Origin: Perna viridis
Lineage: Eukaryota
Direction: 5' to 3'
NCBI GenBank assembly: GCA_037379345.1
Contig: CM074511.1
Span: 23,126,001 to 23,190,000 of the forward strand
DNA: 64,000 bases
Shown here: positions 1 through 62,700 of the stretch, piece by piece
Numbering within the stretch: the first letter of the stretch is position 1
How the letters are laid out: every line of letters begins with the position of its first letter
Position numbers and translations under genes: made by a program
The notes under the pieces: model-generated
What the model saw: the letters and a program-made list of their open reading frames with translations, nothing else
Databases searched by the model: none
Told to the model about the DNA's origin: nothing

Positions 1-1011
1 AAGAAAGTTACGACTAGAGCAATAACATACAAAAATAAATTTGAAGCCCTTTCAAAAGCCAATTTAACTAAAGAAATGAATTCAAGTGTCCATAACTTTA
101 AAATACAGAACCTACACACGTATACTTGAATAAGACTTGGTTTGATTTATTTTTCCATGTACTTTAATTGTTAAAACAATTAATAAATTCCCATGTTAAC
201 ACCTTGGGGGAGTATTAAATACTAATGCCACTTCATTAGTTTTAAAATGATAAGACAAACTAAGCATTAAAAAAAATTCAGAGAGCAGTGGCTAAATGCT
301 TTACAAATGATGATGAAAACAGTTTTTCTTGGTATATTTTTTTTTCCAAAGCAGCAGCTTAATTTTTAAGGAAGAAAATTGAAAGTTTGATGAAATGTAA
401 TTCAATAGACATTGTACAAATGTATTTAACATCATAATTGTGTAGAACTGGGTTTAAATTTATCATGAATGAAAAAAATCTAAATTACATCATGTTTATA
501 TCAAGCTTGTGTCAGACCTACGTTTAGCATCAATACACACATATTAATGCATTAATTACTTTCAAATGTACGCAATGCATCAAAATGCTTGAATATAGTT
601 AATAAGTGTTGTTATATATAGACCAAATCCAAGGTGCAAGAAAGAACTATTTAGTGACAAAAGTAAGTTTGCAAAATTATATGGTATATTGGTAGTTGTG
701 CTTCAATATTTCCACAGAAGTGCAAATATGTTTTGTTGAGCAGGTGTATCAAAATCCTTAACTTATTCATATATATTCTGTACATACATGTAGTGGGTTG
801 AAGTTATGATATTTCTGATTTTCTTAATGCTGCAAAACTGTTTGTTAATTAAAGATAAAATGCTTGATGTACGTATCATATTAGAATTAAGTTTTTAAAA
901 TGGGTGTTTCACAACTCAAGTTATTCATTAAAGTTCTGCTTCCATACTTTTTATTTAAATTCAGAACTCTGTAGTTTGGAATGCTGAATAATAATCTGTA
1001 AATTCTCTTTA

Positions 1012-1262
1012 AAACAAGGTATTATTTGAATATGGAGTTATTTTGAATTTAAGAAAGTAAGTGAAAAAAAAAACATTTGTATAACTTACTCCTACTAAGT
1101 GGGTTAGTCATGACTAATGGGGGTTAGTAAGTTTCCTTGACGTTTGATATCTTACTAACCCTACCCCTTAGCCATACCGGCATGACTAACCCCATTTGTA
1201 AAGGTTCAAATTTACTTTTGGTTATTTTCTTAGTTCCAACATAATTCCAAATTCAAACAATT
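1012..1262. mobile_element. MITE family 3, palindromic
   Basis: aaacaaggtattat..gaat..ggagttattttg...ttccaa.ataa.tccaa; matches 28950-29192. Confidence 0.72.
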
Positions 1263-1355
1263 AATTCCCCCCCCCCCAAGTACTTTTACGGTAATACAAA
1301 TCATTTACCAGTATAAATAAAATGATGAAAGATCCTATCTCAGAAGCAATTCCAT

Positions 1356-1571
1356 TACTGTGAAAGGATCATTGCCTGTTGGGTACCAAGTATTAGTATT
1401 TGTAATTGTCATTGATTTGCCATACAAAATTTGGTTCCAAACAAAAAAGAAAATTTTCATTCATTTGTATTATGGAATTGTGGAAATCAACTAACTCAAG
1501 AATCTATGAACTGTTCTTTCTTACCTTAACCATGAAAATTGGTACCAACGAATAAAAGTACTTATACAGTA
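1356..1571. mobile_element. MITE family 1, diverged copy
   Basis: tactgtgaaa...gggtaccaa...aagaatctatgaa...aaagtacttatacagta. Confidence 0.7.
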
Positions 1572-4323
1572 TTTCAATATGTGAGTTTATACTCAACCCA
1601 AAATAATAAAATGATGTTTTCTATTTATAAGTAGTACCATCCCAAAATTCTAAGTGTTTACCAATAAAAAATTGAATTTTAAGAAAAAAATTACAAAAAT
1701 GAACATGTGTTAACAAGAAAATGATGCCCCACTTAACACTTTAATCACCGTGAATGACCTATTACATTCCAATTTTGATAATGATGTAACCCAAATTTCA
1801 AAGAACAAAAAAAAAAAAAAACCCTGTAAAACCAAAACTTTTTGCACAGATTTACAGACTGAAAATCTATCTTGCCAATCTTTAATGGCAGGAAAACAAC
1901 AGGTGACTTTAAATAAAACTTCTAAACCATACATGTTGGTTAATAAAGATATATTAACATTTTAAACATAAAAAGTACATGCATAATTCAACAATTAAGT
2001 TGTTAAAGCAAAAACAAAAAAACAAAAAAAATAATAACATGCATAAAAAGAAAAAATAAACATGCAAGTTCGGAAATACTGTGCTGCGGTAGTAACGTGT
2101 TTATCAATAAACGAATACACAGAAAGGATCGGACTTGGTTTTGTCAAAATTCAAGTGTAGTTTCTCATGCGAATGTGCTGACATACAAATGGTACTTTTG
2201 AAGAACGGCTGTCCTGTGACTATGGTGTAAAGCTCATTTTCCAGTTGAAATATCATTCCACTTTCTTCTCATCTGACTCAACACATGGCTGGTATACCAC
2301 AAACTCAAAAATGACTGTGCAATTTTACGGATTGGAAAATATGCTTTAAACTGAACAGTGAATAGTGAATCTTTTAGTAAATACATAAGCTATTTTTTTA
2401 ATATTAAAAAAGCAAATGCCAACATAGCTTAAAGATTCTTTACTTCAAAAATCCACCCCTGATAATTTTTGAATCAACACTCAAGTGCATAATCCCAAGC
2501 CTCAGTGAGGCCTACATAAGCAAACAATTTTGTTAAATAATCTTTTGTCAATGTCCCTTTGATTACAAATGCAACCTGTTTTGAATGAAAGGAAAACAAA
2601 GTTAATATGCTGAATTCTTTATTTTTCTATTAAAAACCCAATAACAAAGGGATCAGATCTCCCACACTACTCAAACGTTTGAAGGATACATGAAGAATCG
2701 GTGTATTGCTAACAAAGCCGCTAAAACATCATGGGACGATGCCCATCATGTCTCAGCAGAGTTTCACCTAAATACACATAGGAAACTATACAGCATTAGT
2801 TACACTTATGGTACATAATTTACACTAAAAATATCATACACCATTACTTTAAATAAAAAGGCTAACAATAACATGTCACAATACACATTTAAAAAATATT
2901 CAAAGAAAATGTATATCTGATGCACATGTTCATGTTATGATGATTTCTGCCAAAAGATTTGTTTATTTGAATGTCATTTGTTAATCATATTCCTGAGAGG
3001 TGATATATTTATTACATTATGGCCAATAAAATACACAAACACTAGCTTACGGTTAAACATTAAGTACTTTAACTGTACATACTTGAATGAATGATGCAAT
3101 ATCTGTTTTCAAGCAGCAACATGTACATGTACTTAGAATTTGTAAAATTCTGTATGATCAAAGGTAATTGGTAAAGATTACACAAATTTTAATTTTCTGT
3201 ACACCACAAAGACTTAGCTGCAAACACAACTAAAATAATCTAAATCACATCATGATTGTGGATCTGGTCCTTCATATACTATCATTTAGTATAGCTTATA
3301 TATTCATTTCATAATTTACTTCCCCATTGGAAGGGTATAAAAAGTTTGAGACATCATCATCCAATGGTTCTGGAAGGAGCTTTTATAAAAAAGCAGAAAG
3401 CTTAGAAATAGCACTAAGATTTGTGTGCACTGAATTCTATAATTGAAAATGATGTATGGTACTGAAACTTAACAAAATTTTCTGATGAAAGTATGAAAGC
3501 AGTATATACATGGCATAACTACCAACAATAAGTTAGTATTACACAGTATTTACCCATATATTTGGAATGTTTTGATTCATTATACAAGAGAATATTCCCT
3601 ATAGTGAAATCTAGTAATGATTATTCCATTATATTTAAATTGTTCCTTGCATTTAATGTGTTTGTTCCTGGCACTCACACGTTCAAAAATTATTTAACGA
3701 AAAAGCACAAAAATGATATAATAATCTTAAGCGTATTTATAAGTCACAAATGCCGCAATAATGTTGCACAGGTTCACTTAAATTTTTGTTGCCGACACTT
3801 AAACCTGCCGAAACCTAAAAACAATTCCATGTTGGTTTTAACAGCAATACAAATTTCCCTAATCAGGTAATCAAGTAATTCTGTACACATAGCTTATAAA
3901 TAAATAAATAAAATATATTTGTACATGATACAATCTATTGTTTGTTAATGAAAAAAAAACTTAGCCTTCCTCACTTGATTCTGGTAATGTCAAAATCAAT
4001 TACTCCAAGCCCCATTAATAAAATTTTCGAATATGATTATCATTATCATTATGTAAAAATTCATCTTAATTACTACAACAATTTAATTTAATCAACTAAA
4101 TTTGTGTCATAATCTGAATAAATCCCTTACACTGACAAAAAATATCATTAAACCTGTCCTAACATTCACCAAAATATATGACCCACAATACTTAAAAAAG
4201 GACAAAGTGGATAGAAACTCTAAAATATTTCACAACACCTTGCTGTCAATTTTACTGACATCTTTTATCTTCTACATTTGGAAAAATTAGACCCTGTCAC
4301 TGTGACAGGAAAAAATAAAATCC

Positions 4324-4544
4324 TTAAGGGGGGTAGACCTAGGGTAAAGGACATAACTATTGAAATCAGTGATACGTCTGTATCATATTCAATTTCACGG
4401 ATGCCTATCAAGATTTCATCTGACACAGAATGAAATCAATCCAAGTTACTTTGATGCTTACATGACATTGATGTAAAATGCTGCATACAAATATTCCAAT
4501 GATATAAAAGAGTTGTGTCCCTTACCTTAGGTCTACCTCTTTAG
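4324..4544. mobile_element. MITE family 2 (TIR of about 30 bp GGTAGACCTAGGGTAAGGGACA.AACT, TTAA-like flanks; possibly Kolobok-type)
   Basis: Long TIRs; second copy at 36976-37122 in opposite orientation. Confidence 0.82.
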
Positions 4545-5226
4545 TCATCAATGAACACTAAAATACTGAGGATATTACTTAAAAGAAAAAATGCTAAGGA
4601 AAAGAGTGTTCTGTCATAGTTTTTTTTTACCTTTTTAATTACTAGTATTCAAAAAGGAATAATACTAATGATTCAATATAAAAATAGAGCCGAAATTGCA
4701 AGGACGAAAAAAAACAAAAAAAAACAACAACAAAAAAATAAAAAAATCTCAAAACCTTTTGTTAAATTTACTGTCATGACAACTAGTGTTGAAACTTATC
4801 ATGTATTATAGTAACCCCCCATTATAATCACTAAGAAAAAAAACTTATTACCATAATAGAGCTAAAGTTTACTAAAAATCATTTGGACATGCAAGAATAA
4901 TTCCTTAAAAAAGTAAACAGTTTAAAAATATGTGTGTAGTATAAATTATATCATGTGATACATACATGTAACTTAAATGAAATGATAAATATACATCTGC
5001 CAACATCACTATAAATCCCATTCATTAAAACCTTTCAAACTGAAAATGTAATGTTTCAGTGACAAGCATAGGGTTTGACAATTGAGAAATGGTGTTAAAA
5101 AATATGAAATAAATGTACACACATCACACACACATAAACATGTAAAAGGTATGAGTTGGCAGGTATGCACACATTACTGCAACAGTGAGACACACCAGGA
5201 AATCTTGCAACCAAGTCCTAAAAAGT

Positions 5227-5232
5227 TTTATT
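5227..5232 (-). promoter_or_regulatory. Candidate proximal polyadenylation signal AATAAA
   Basis: AATAAA about 550 nt past the C2 stop, followed by a GU-rich stretch (ggtgtgtctc); further AATAAA near 3010, 2963 and 2618 could serve a longer 3'UTR. Confidence 0.35.
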
Positions 5233-5778
5233 CATCAATATAGTGTTCATGCTCCTGTAAACATTATGCTTTGAACAGTTTCCTGGGAATTTGCAAATTT
5301 CTGAAGTGTCTGAAAATCAAACAACCCCCAACTATGTTTTATCTGTAAAATTAATATTTTGTTTTGTTTCCTTAGGACTTGAATGCAATTAACATTAAAA
5401 TGGCACTAGAGTCAAACTTCACTTTGTACCAATTATTGTTTCAAGAAAGTAGGATTCTTTCCATATTAATTCCAGAAATTTTCGTAGGGAAAATAGATTA
5501 AAAAAGAAGAACTAAAAGTTATCACAATAAACAATAGTTTTGACACAAGACATGTTAAGTATAAAATCTAAAACTAGATTAATAAGTCTATAAGATCTCT
5601 CTATCACGCCCAACTTGTTAGTTACTATCTTGTAGGTTGAACAACTGGGACAAAAATCTAGAATAGACTATTAAAATGTTCCAGTGCCAAATTATTGCTA
5701 AAGTGTCACAGCAAATGTGACGGAATATTATGACAATAAGTTGCAAATATCAGTCAATTAAAGAAACATCCTCTTCAA

Positions 5779-53467
<47,689 letters not shown>

Positions 53468-56400
53468 ACTTTTGATTAGCTCTTCAACTTAGTTGTCTGA
53501 AAACAGAAAAAATAAAATACATAAATACCAACAGAAACAAAAAATCAAGTTCGGATTATACATATGTATATATATGGCAACTTTCCCTTTGAGTTGTCAA
53601 AATACACAGACTTAACAAAAACTTCAATACTGCAAACAAATCAATTTTCGTGGTGTATTAATTTTTGTTATTTTTGTGGTGTACAGAAAAGTGCAAAAAA
53701 TAGTACCTGCAAAATGGACTTTACAATAGAGAGCATTATTCTGGACATAATAAAATGACTGCCCAAGGGAGAGGGGTGTTGCCTACAATATCACTTCCCA
53801 AAGGCAGTTAATTCAGATAATGCCCTCTACATAAGCAACTATTGTGTTCATTACATTGACGAAACTGAAGCAGGCATTACTATTACATTTTGATACACAT
53901 TAATGAATACCACATGACCATATTTTAGCCAATAAAGATAGCTTATTCTTCTGTGATATGGAATTTTCCTGAGACTGAATGGTCTACCATTATTGCAGAC
54001 ACTGAAGCATAATAAGTAGGTAAAACATTTAACAAGGTGTTACAAATCTTTCTTATACTCCTGACCACTAAGATCACTGCCCTTCTTGTATTAAAAATCC
54101 TCCCAAGACCTTGTAAAAGCTGAATACAAAGAAAACATATTGATAATTCCCATTTCTAAACATTCCTACACAAGTCACTAAGATAGCTTACTGCACAATT
54201 AAGCATTTGTATGCATTTTCGACAATTAAGTACAAATAAAGGCTAAATATTATGATGATAATGTAATTTAATTGCTGCCAAATCCCCTGTCAAGTGTATC
54301 TAATAGCCTATATTGACGTAATAACTGATATAAATCCCGACTAATAAGCTTGGTTTTACAGCTTTGGTCCTGAAGCATTATGACAAGATAGTCTATTAGC
54401 CCATCTAACGACCAGGAAACTCCATCAAATATTTCAGCACTCCACCACTTCAAATCACTCCAAATTTTACACCTTTATAGATTGTTTGATGTACTATTTA
54501 ACATATTAACTGCATTTTTATGCAACATGCCTGTGTGTATGTAATGAAGCCTTTAGTTCCTCAGAACTTACATTTTTGCATAACTGGTTCTTATTACCTG
54601 GTATTTGTAAATCTGTATGTCGAATAATTATCTGTTTTAGTAGAATAATGACATTTTGCTAGTAAGGGTTTTCCTAATCTAGAAAAATTTCTGAATTTCA
54701 GAGTTCTTTTTTCAAAACGAAAAATATTTTCTTCTTGACAATCACAAATGAGAGGTTTCTAAAATCAACCAATTTGCATGGCCTGCTCATTCACAAACTC
54801 ACACAAATTTTCATTACTTCAGTCTAATCAAAAGTCCTTTAAAATGAAATATTCTAAATTCAGAAATTACTTCACCATGTATAATATTGCAATATGACCT
54901 TCATATTAATCAATTCACCACTTCAAACCATTCCATTTGATGGGATTTATAAGAATCTATCATGGCAAAATGTAAGTTTTGAAAATTGAAAGGTTAAGTT
55001 ACATAAAAATATACTGACAGGTTGCACAAAATGCAATAAATATGTTCAACAGTACATTTTACATTCTAAAAGGTGTAAAATAATAAAATAATACATTTAA
55101 AGTATATCATAATTAATACATATGTGCACTTTCTTGATGTATTTTGAGCAACTATGATGTATTTGCTAAACTAAATTGGTTCTCAGGACTCAAGTATAGA
55201 ACAAGGATGATTCCAAAAGATTTCCCATAGTTAACTTTTTTAATTCCATCAGAATAGTACAGACTTGGGTCATTACTCCTCGTCCTTTCCATACCATTAG
55301 ATAGGCCATTACACAGTTCTCCATTCCATCAGATCATATTTACACTCATCAATGCTCATTAACTGACCGTTCATTCAACCAAATTTCCATGTTCACTGAG
55401 CACAAAAATTGGATTCTGATCAGAAGCTCTAGACAAAGAGATTTAAGACCTAAACCCTTTGAGTTTGATAATATGTAAAACAGACTTCCAAAGATTCCAG
55501 ACATTTATTGCACCTTTATAATGTACATTACTATGGCAGTTGCACTTAAGAGAATAACTATCTTTGGGAATGTTTAAAAAAACATATCACTGACGATGAA
55601 TAAGGCTGGAAGTTTTACAGCCATTACAATAATCAGCTTCAAAAACACACATCATTTTTCATAAATTCAGCACAATAAAAGTATTCTATAGGTCCATTAA
55701 TAAAATTTAAAACATAAACTTGGATCATTAGGTAATCAGGGAGAAAAGTTGCATTGCAAAGGTCAGCATAGCCTCTGATAAAGTTCACATTGTGGAAAAT
55801 TCTAAATCGTATAAGACATGAAGAAGATTACAAAAACTAGAGCAGTATGAGTTTATAATGATCAATGATTATTGACAGAGGTTGTAAAAACAATATTCTG
55901 ATATATGTGCTGGGTGCCTACTGTGTTTATTTATATAAAATTATACATCATAGTATTGTGTTCAGATACAATGGGTTTAATCTAGCAAAATCGATTGCTC
56001 CCAGGCCATTTCTGTTTCATCCAATAATAGTATTACTATACAAAGTATATAACTAGATTTACCATCAGTCTAGCAGAGAGGAAATAAGGCAGTAAGGCTT
56101 CAATCATTTCAGATCAGTTTTTGGCAAACTAGCTGTTGATTATTTCTATATGAAAGGCCTTTTATGCATGGACCGACTAGGTCTTCATACTTTCAACTTT
56201 ATACTGTTGTAATTATCAGTCTAAGCTTTCATCAGGTCAATAATTAGTATTCCTAATTACCTCATTTTTGCAACTAACACAACTATAAAGCTCATACACA
56301 AAGACAAATGTATGACTAGTAATCAAGTTCCCATATTACATGCCTCAAATATTTCGATCTGTAATATCAATAATATGTCAAGGGCAATAACTCTTCACAT

Positions 56401-58188
56401 GCAAAATATGCAACAGCACTTTATACTCAGCTTAAAATTTTAATACTCAAAAACATAGTTTACTGTAGGCAAGTAGACCAGACAAAGTCATTTTATGATA
56501 TCCCAACAATGGAGTAGCATTGTATGTTTATAATGTTACTTCCACCAAAAATTGACTTCTGGTACTCTTTTCCAACGAGAAACAGAATACAAAAAGAAAG
56601 AAAGATTATTATGAGGAACCACTTAATAAAAATAGAAAACAAACAACATTACCTGTATTTACATTTAAACATAACTTAACAAAATAATACTCCTTTAAGT
56701 TTCTCTTTATATACCTTGATAGGAAATTCCTTTTTGACTTTCTATATCCCTCATGCTAAAAATAACACAAAAGCAACAACAAGAATCTACGTGAATGACC
56801 GAACACTAATATGAACTAGTTTTTAAACTACTCCATTGACTAACCCTTTAAAAGTGTGCTAATGTGTATATTTGTAAAATTGAAGGCAATTGGTCAATAA
56901 TTATGCTAGATTGTCTAGGTCAGTCCATCAACTTACCTGAATGACCAACTGATACACACCTGGAGAATCTGTGTATCTATAATTTACTATGGAAATACCT
57001 TCTCTACTATAAAATAATTAAAAAATCACTTCAAAAGGATATAGGACCTAAACTATTCAATGGTTTTGATAACACATAGCTCAATATCCTGCTAAAATGT
57101 CTCAGTTGTTATTTTCTGCATACAGTCAAATACTTTTAAAAGGGTTGAAAACAGTAGACAATGGCATTTTTCAGTGTAAAGTCAATCATTTCAACTCTTC
57201 TCAAATTTCTTATACATAGTGTAAGACATTTTAATCATATATATATTGTGACTACAGGTATTGACTGTTATTGACAGGTAAACAACCATGGTAGCAGAGA
57301 AATCCAATGCAATATATATATACTTGACATCAACTAAATTTTTCTTGTTATTTTTTTTTGGGGGGGGTTTAGCTATGAAACTTTTACAGAAGCACATTTT
57401 TTTTTCAAATCTGAAAAAAACCATAGAACTGAAAGTAGACTAACGAAGAAGCTCCCCACTACCACTTGAGAGCCTTTAGTAGGATTATTTACCATAACAA
57501 ACAATCAACAATACATTTCTTTCTTAACTGATATACATGAGAGTTTCATCACATCTATTTAAAGATTCTGGAAGAGATGTAATCACTAGACACTTGGAAG
57601 GACAGACAGATAGACAGATCATAACTGTAATTCTTCTATACTTACCATCCAATACTTTGTGAGGTACACAAGAATGGGACAATATTTTGTCAAAACATAC
57701 TATCAAAAATACTGAAAATTCTGACATTGATTTTGATATTGTGAAAATGCAACTAGCTTGTAATCAAAATACCAAGACCCTCGATGTAAGGTTCTTACCA
57801 ATTAAAAAAAGGCCAAGAATAATATTTTCACAAACAATGTGTAATATTAGCATGACTTTGCAGTAGTCAAGTAGAAAGGCTGATACAGCTTTCAACAGAA
57901 TTAGCAAGGTATGCTGCAAACAGGTATGTGATGTAATAGACTGAAAATGTAGGTTGCAGTAAAAACACAAATGATGACAAATGAATATGTAGGAGGTGGT
58001 AAAAACTCACGAATGATGAGCATACAATGAGTTTACCAGCAAAACAATACAGATATTACTGATTTTGTATGTAGATATAGGATATTTCATACAATGTTCA
58101 TTGTTTATGGTATTGCAGAAATATCAGCGGAATGATGGTATAAAATACATGCTCTACACAAAAATGTTTTCTTTAGCATGTAATTGAC

Positions 58189-58398
58189 TACTGTGAAAGT
58201 AATATTGTTTGTGGGGTATCAATTTTCGTGGTTTTCGTGGGAAGGCCAATCCACGAAATTTGGTTCCTATTGAAAAGGAGATTTCCATTGATGTGTATAC
58301 TGAAAACCTCAAAACAACAAATTCAAGAATCCATGAACTTGTGTTTCTTCCCTAATTCACGAAAATTAGATTCCACAAATTAAAGTACTTTCACAGTA
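58189..58398. mobile_element. MITE family 1 copy
   Basis: tactgtgaaagta...tactttcacagta; shared internal tttccattgatgtgtatactgaaa. Confidence 0.88.
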
Positions 58399-59336
58399 AT
58401 TGTGGTATAATATCTGTTGACAATATCTTTGTCTAGGCATTCACACTAAAATTAGGATGTCAATATTTTAGCTTGTTCACTTTTCATCAAGTTTTTTCAA
58501 AGCCTTATCTCTGAAACTTGATAGAACTCAATGTCTTCAAGGAGGTTTATATAAGTACAGCTAGCATTGATGAACAGAAACTAGCAAAGTCCTAGGAATT
58601 ATATCAAATGCTTAAACTTAGCAAAGAAAAAAATAATGAAATAGATTCCAATCTCCTAAAATTCAAATGTGACAGACATTAAACAACTTCCTACCAAGAT
58701 GAAATAGCATTGTATAACTTCTATTAATGAAAGGAAAAATGTAACATAATAAAAAAGGTACTAATACTGTAACACATTACATGACTTCCTACATATAAGA
58801 AGTACTGCTGTATGACATAACCTTCAATGACTATTTCTCTAAGTTAACTTTAATCTATGATATTTGTCTATAGTAGGGATTAATTCATATAAGTCTGACC
58901 TAGGTCACATAACATATAATTTCACACACTCTGTTATTAGATAAATTAAAAGGACTAGGAAGTTTGATAAAACTTTATCCAAAATTTGATATTTTTTTCT
59001 TCCTTCAATATACAGGGCCATTTAAAATCATTATTATCATTAAACATTATGAAGGTGTCAAACAAAGTAGTACCCTTGCATGGAGTCAGAGGATATTCAG
59101 TCTCACTAGTTCTGACATATGAAAAAAAAAAAACCAAAAATCAATATTATTATCACATGTACCACATCCTTTCATTAGTCAAGTCATTTTGACAAGGGCG
59201 GTAGTATGGAGTTGCCAAGCCAGAAATAAGACCAAATTGTATGTTGCTTAAAAAGTGACATGTAGCAAGTTAAGAAGAGATAAAGTTTTCTCTGAAGTGT
59301 AATCTGAGTCAAGCAATGTAAATCAAAAACAAATTA

Positions 59337-59731
59337 TTAAGTAGCACTCGAGCTAAGAATCATGCAAAATGTGATTTATGGTTGGAAAGCCTACATATTT
59401 TTTTTTTGGATATTTTAAAAAGTTATAGTAAACAGAAATTGACATGTGGCTTTTCATATAAACCTTATTCTTGGGAGATAAAAATTACATAGAATGTACT
59501 GTAGAATTCAAAATTAAGGAAGGTAACTCTGTAAATGACACTATAATTCAATAGAAACTATTGGGTTTTCCATGTGGATTATCTCCTATCAGCAAAAAGA
59601 TTGGAATGATTGATTATACATTTCATCATATAGACCTTTAAAGCAACATAATAACAAAATTTTTTTAAAAAAATGTAGCCTTTTTGGAGTGTATCACATA
59701 TTATAGAATTTGCATAATTCTTACAAAGACT
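59337..59731. mobile_element. Family 4 copy
   Basis: ttaagtagcactcgagctaagaatcatgcaaa...gaatttgcataattcttacaaagact. Confidence 0.8.
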
Positions 59732-62700
59732 GATACTCAAATCATTTCCCTACAAGCTTTTTTTTGCATTTTAATAACTCAAAGGAATGACTATTTTGAT
59801 TATAAAAACAATTAAACTATTAAGAGAAGTATCAATTACAAAATCCCCATTCACTAAGATAAAGCATAAACATATTTATAGAACAAACATAAGAATGAAT
59901 AAAGTTATTTACCTGAAGGGGAAGGTCAAATTTCACCATGAAAACAAAAAAGCACCTGCTACATAAAACATTTAATATGCTTATGGCTTCTGAAAACATG
60001 TAAATTAATATGTCTATAAATTAATTACTTTTCTTACTTAGTAATCTATCAACCTGTCAATTTATTTTAAAAAAAACAAGGAGATCTGCAGGCATTTTGT
60101 TCTTGTTTGAATTTTCTAATAACTCATGAATTGTGACAAAACAGACATCTAATCACACTATGGTTTATTTCTCCTACACTAATCAACATGCATTTCATTA
60201 GCATGCAGTAAATTACATGAACAAAACTTCCTTAGAATGTAAAATGAATGAATTTAATGGGGGGGATGCCAAAAACAAATCTGATTTTGTCAACATAGTA
60301 GAAAATAACTTAGTGTTTAAAGTCATGAAGTCAGAAGACTACTTCTACTCAAGTCCAAAAAAAAAAGAGCAATCAATAAAAAGCAACACAAAACAAAAAC
60401 CACGAACAAAAAACAAATAAACATAAAAGACACATTTTAATGTACAGACACAAATTAAGTGTAATAACAGAAATGTTCTTTAAGAAAAAAAATCATTTAT
60501 TATCAATTAAACAATTAGTTCAGAATGGTGGGTCAAACAGAAAGTTTCAAGAGGCATGAGTGGTGAAATAGGAACAACTCCACAACAGTACCGTATAAAT
60601 CTTATTAACAGCATTTGGAGACTTGATAAATGCTGTAGCTAAGCATTAAACTTCATATGAATCTGGATAAACAACTTCAGGCAATATAACCTTCTTATGG
60701 GTGGAGGTAGAAAAATTCAGTAATAAGGTAGATATCATCATGGCCTTCAGCTGATTATTTACATGTTCACTACATATGTATATATAATAGTATTAGCTAG
60801 AAAAAAATCATATTTTAATCTTACTACAAGAAAACAATGTCCTCTGCTGAACTTTAGTCAGTGCTTATAAAACAAATAGACTCCATGTAGATAAAAGATC
60901 AATGATGAATATAGAAAGGCTTTCCAAATGGCTGAATTATTATTTCAGAGAGGTCATGAACTTTGTTGCTCAAAATATGAAAATTACTTAAATAAATGCA
61001 TGCATTGAAGTCTAGAATCTCTGGCAAAATGTACCAAAACTCAACATATTTGACACAAAGCATGAATAGAACAGTTGTCGTTCTATTTCAACTAAGATTA
61101 AAATACTTTGGGATTGTACAGACTGAAAAATCTTCAACAATTGTAGCATGAACTACCAAAAAGACAAGGTCAAAATCTGTAAATCTCCCACACCTCACTA
61201 AAAAGATTATAATGACATGCAAAAAAATGAGTGACAAATCTGTTCAGTCTTACAACACCAATGGTATCCAGTAAATATATGTCACATTTGGACACTTCAG
61301 ACAACAAAAAACAATACAACAGACAATTAAAATGTCTGGCCAGGTATCTTTAGAAGCTCTTTGGTGATAAAACATGTCAGAAATGACCCCTAAGCCTGAG
61401 GACAAACTTTTAACATACAACCAATTCATGAATGAAACTGCAACATAGGCAAAAGTTTGAAACAAGTTGTCACTGATAAAATTGATCAGTTAACCAATCA
61501 GGTTGATAGTTTCTTTTTTAAAATAGCCAAGTGAATGCTATTTATCCCTCACTGTTCCATAGAACTCAAAGCATGGAAATCAAATAACATAAACTTCTAT
61601 GAAATTTGCCAGTTTAAGAAAAAAATATCTATAAAATTAAATATGTATCTTACAAACTGACCAAAAACCAACCAGGTAATTGACAGATGGACAGACATTT
61701 ACCATACTGTCAGAGACAATACCAATTTCCTCCATACTCAAAATTAATATCCAACAGTATTCTGGGATTTTTAAGAAATTTCAGGTTTCCAGGAAGAGAC
61801 TTCAAATGAAGATTGAAAGTCTCTCAATTAAAGTCTGCTTTCTGAATTTAACAAATCCTTTCAGAATTTCAATTTTTCTACTTTAGAAATTTTTTAAATA
61901 TAATCAACAAGTTTCCCACACCAAAATACACTTGCCCCAAGAGAACGGAAAAAGAAACTCTAGAACACTGTCTAGCATCTCCATATCATAAAAGATAGCT
62001 CATTTATTATCAATGACACATTCTATGAGTTGACACAACAAATACATGTACTACTGTTCTGCATGTTGTACAGGAACAATATTTCAAATTAACATTTCCA
62101 TACTAATATAATCTTTTGTTTGAATCGTAAAGAAGTGGGTCCTTCCTTGATTCTCTCCAGTACAAAATCAGGCTATCTCGAAGTTCCTCGGACTTTTCAT
62201 CATGAAAGCTCTCTGTGGATAATTTCATTCTAAGCTACTTTACATTCAAAAACTAAGCTTCCTCATGAAAATTATTAATATACATCTGAGTGATCCAAAA
62301 CAATCTCTCTTCCTTTCCAAAAGCCATTGATGTTCCTTTGCACGGAAAGATCATGAAACAAGTTTATTGATGTAGAATGGAAGATTTAGAAACGACTTTA
62401 TGAAAATCAATCAAGTTCCGTCACTGATGAGTAAGACATCTTTGTATTCTGATGCCTCCAGTCTAACCATTCTATTGAAACATAACAATGTTATTTACAT
62501 TTGCATTTAACCACCCACTCTGATGAGCAATGTATTGCTTGATATTGCAAGTAAACAATTTATCAAGTTTCTTCTTGTTTGTATTCATTAGGCAACCGAC
62601 ACAGATCAGAGAAAGAAAGATTCTGTACTCAAAAACTGTACACGTTTCCACATATTTACATGTAGTCAAAAGTCCTAATTTTCCACACTCGTGTATTTCA

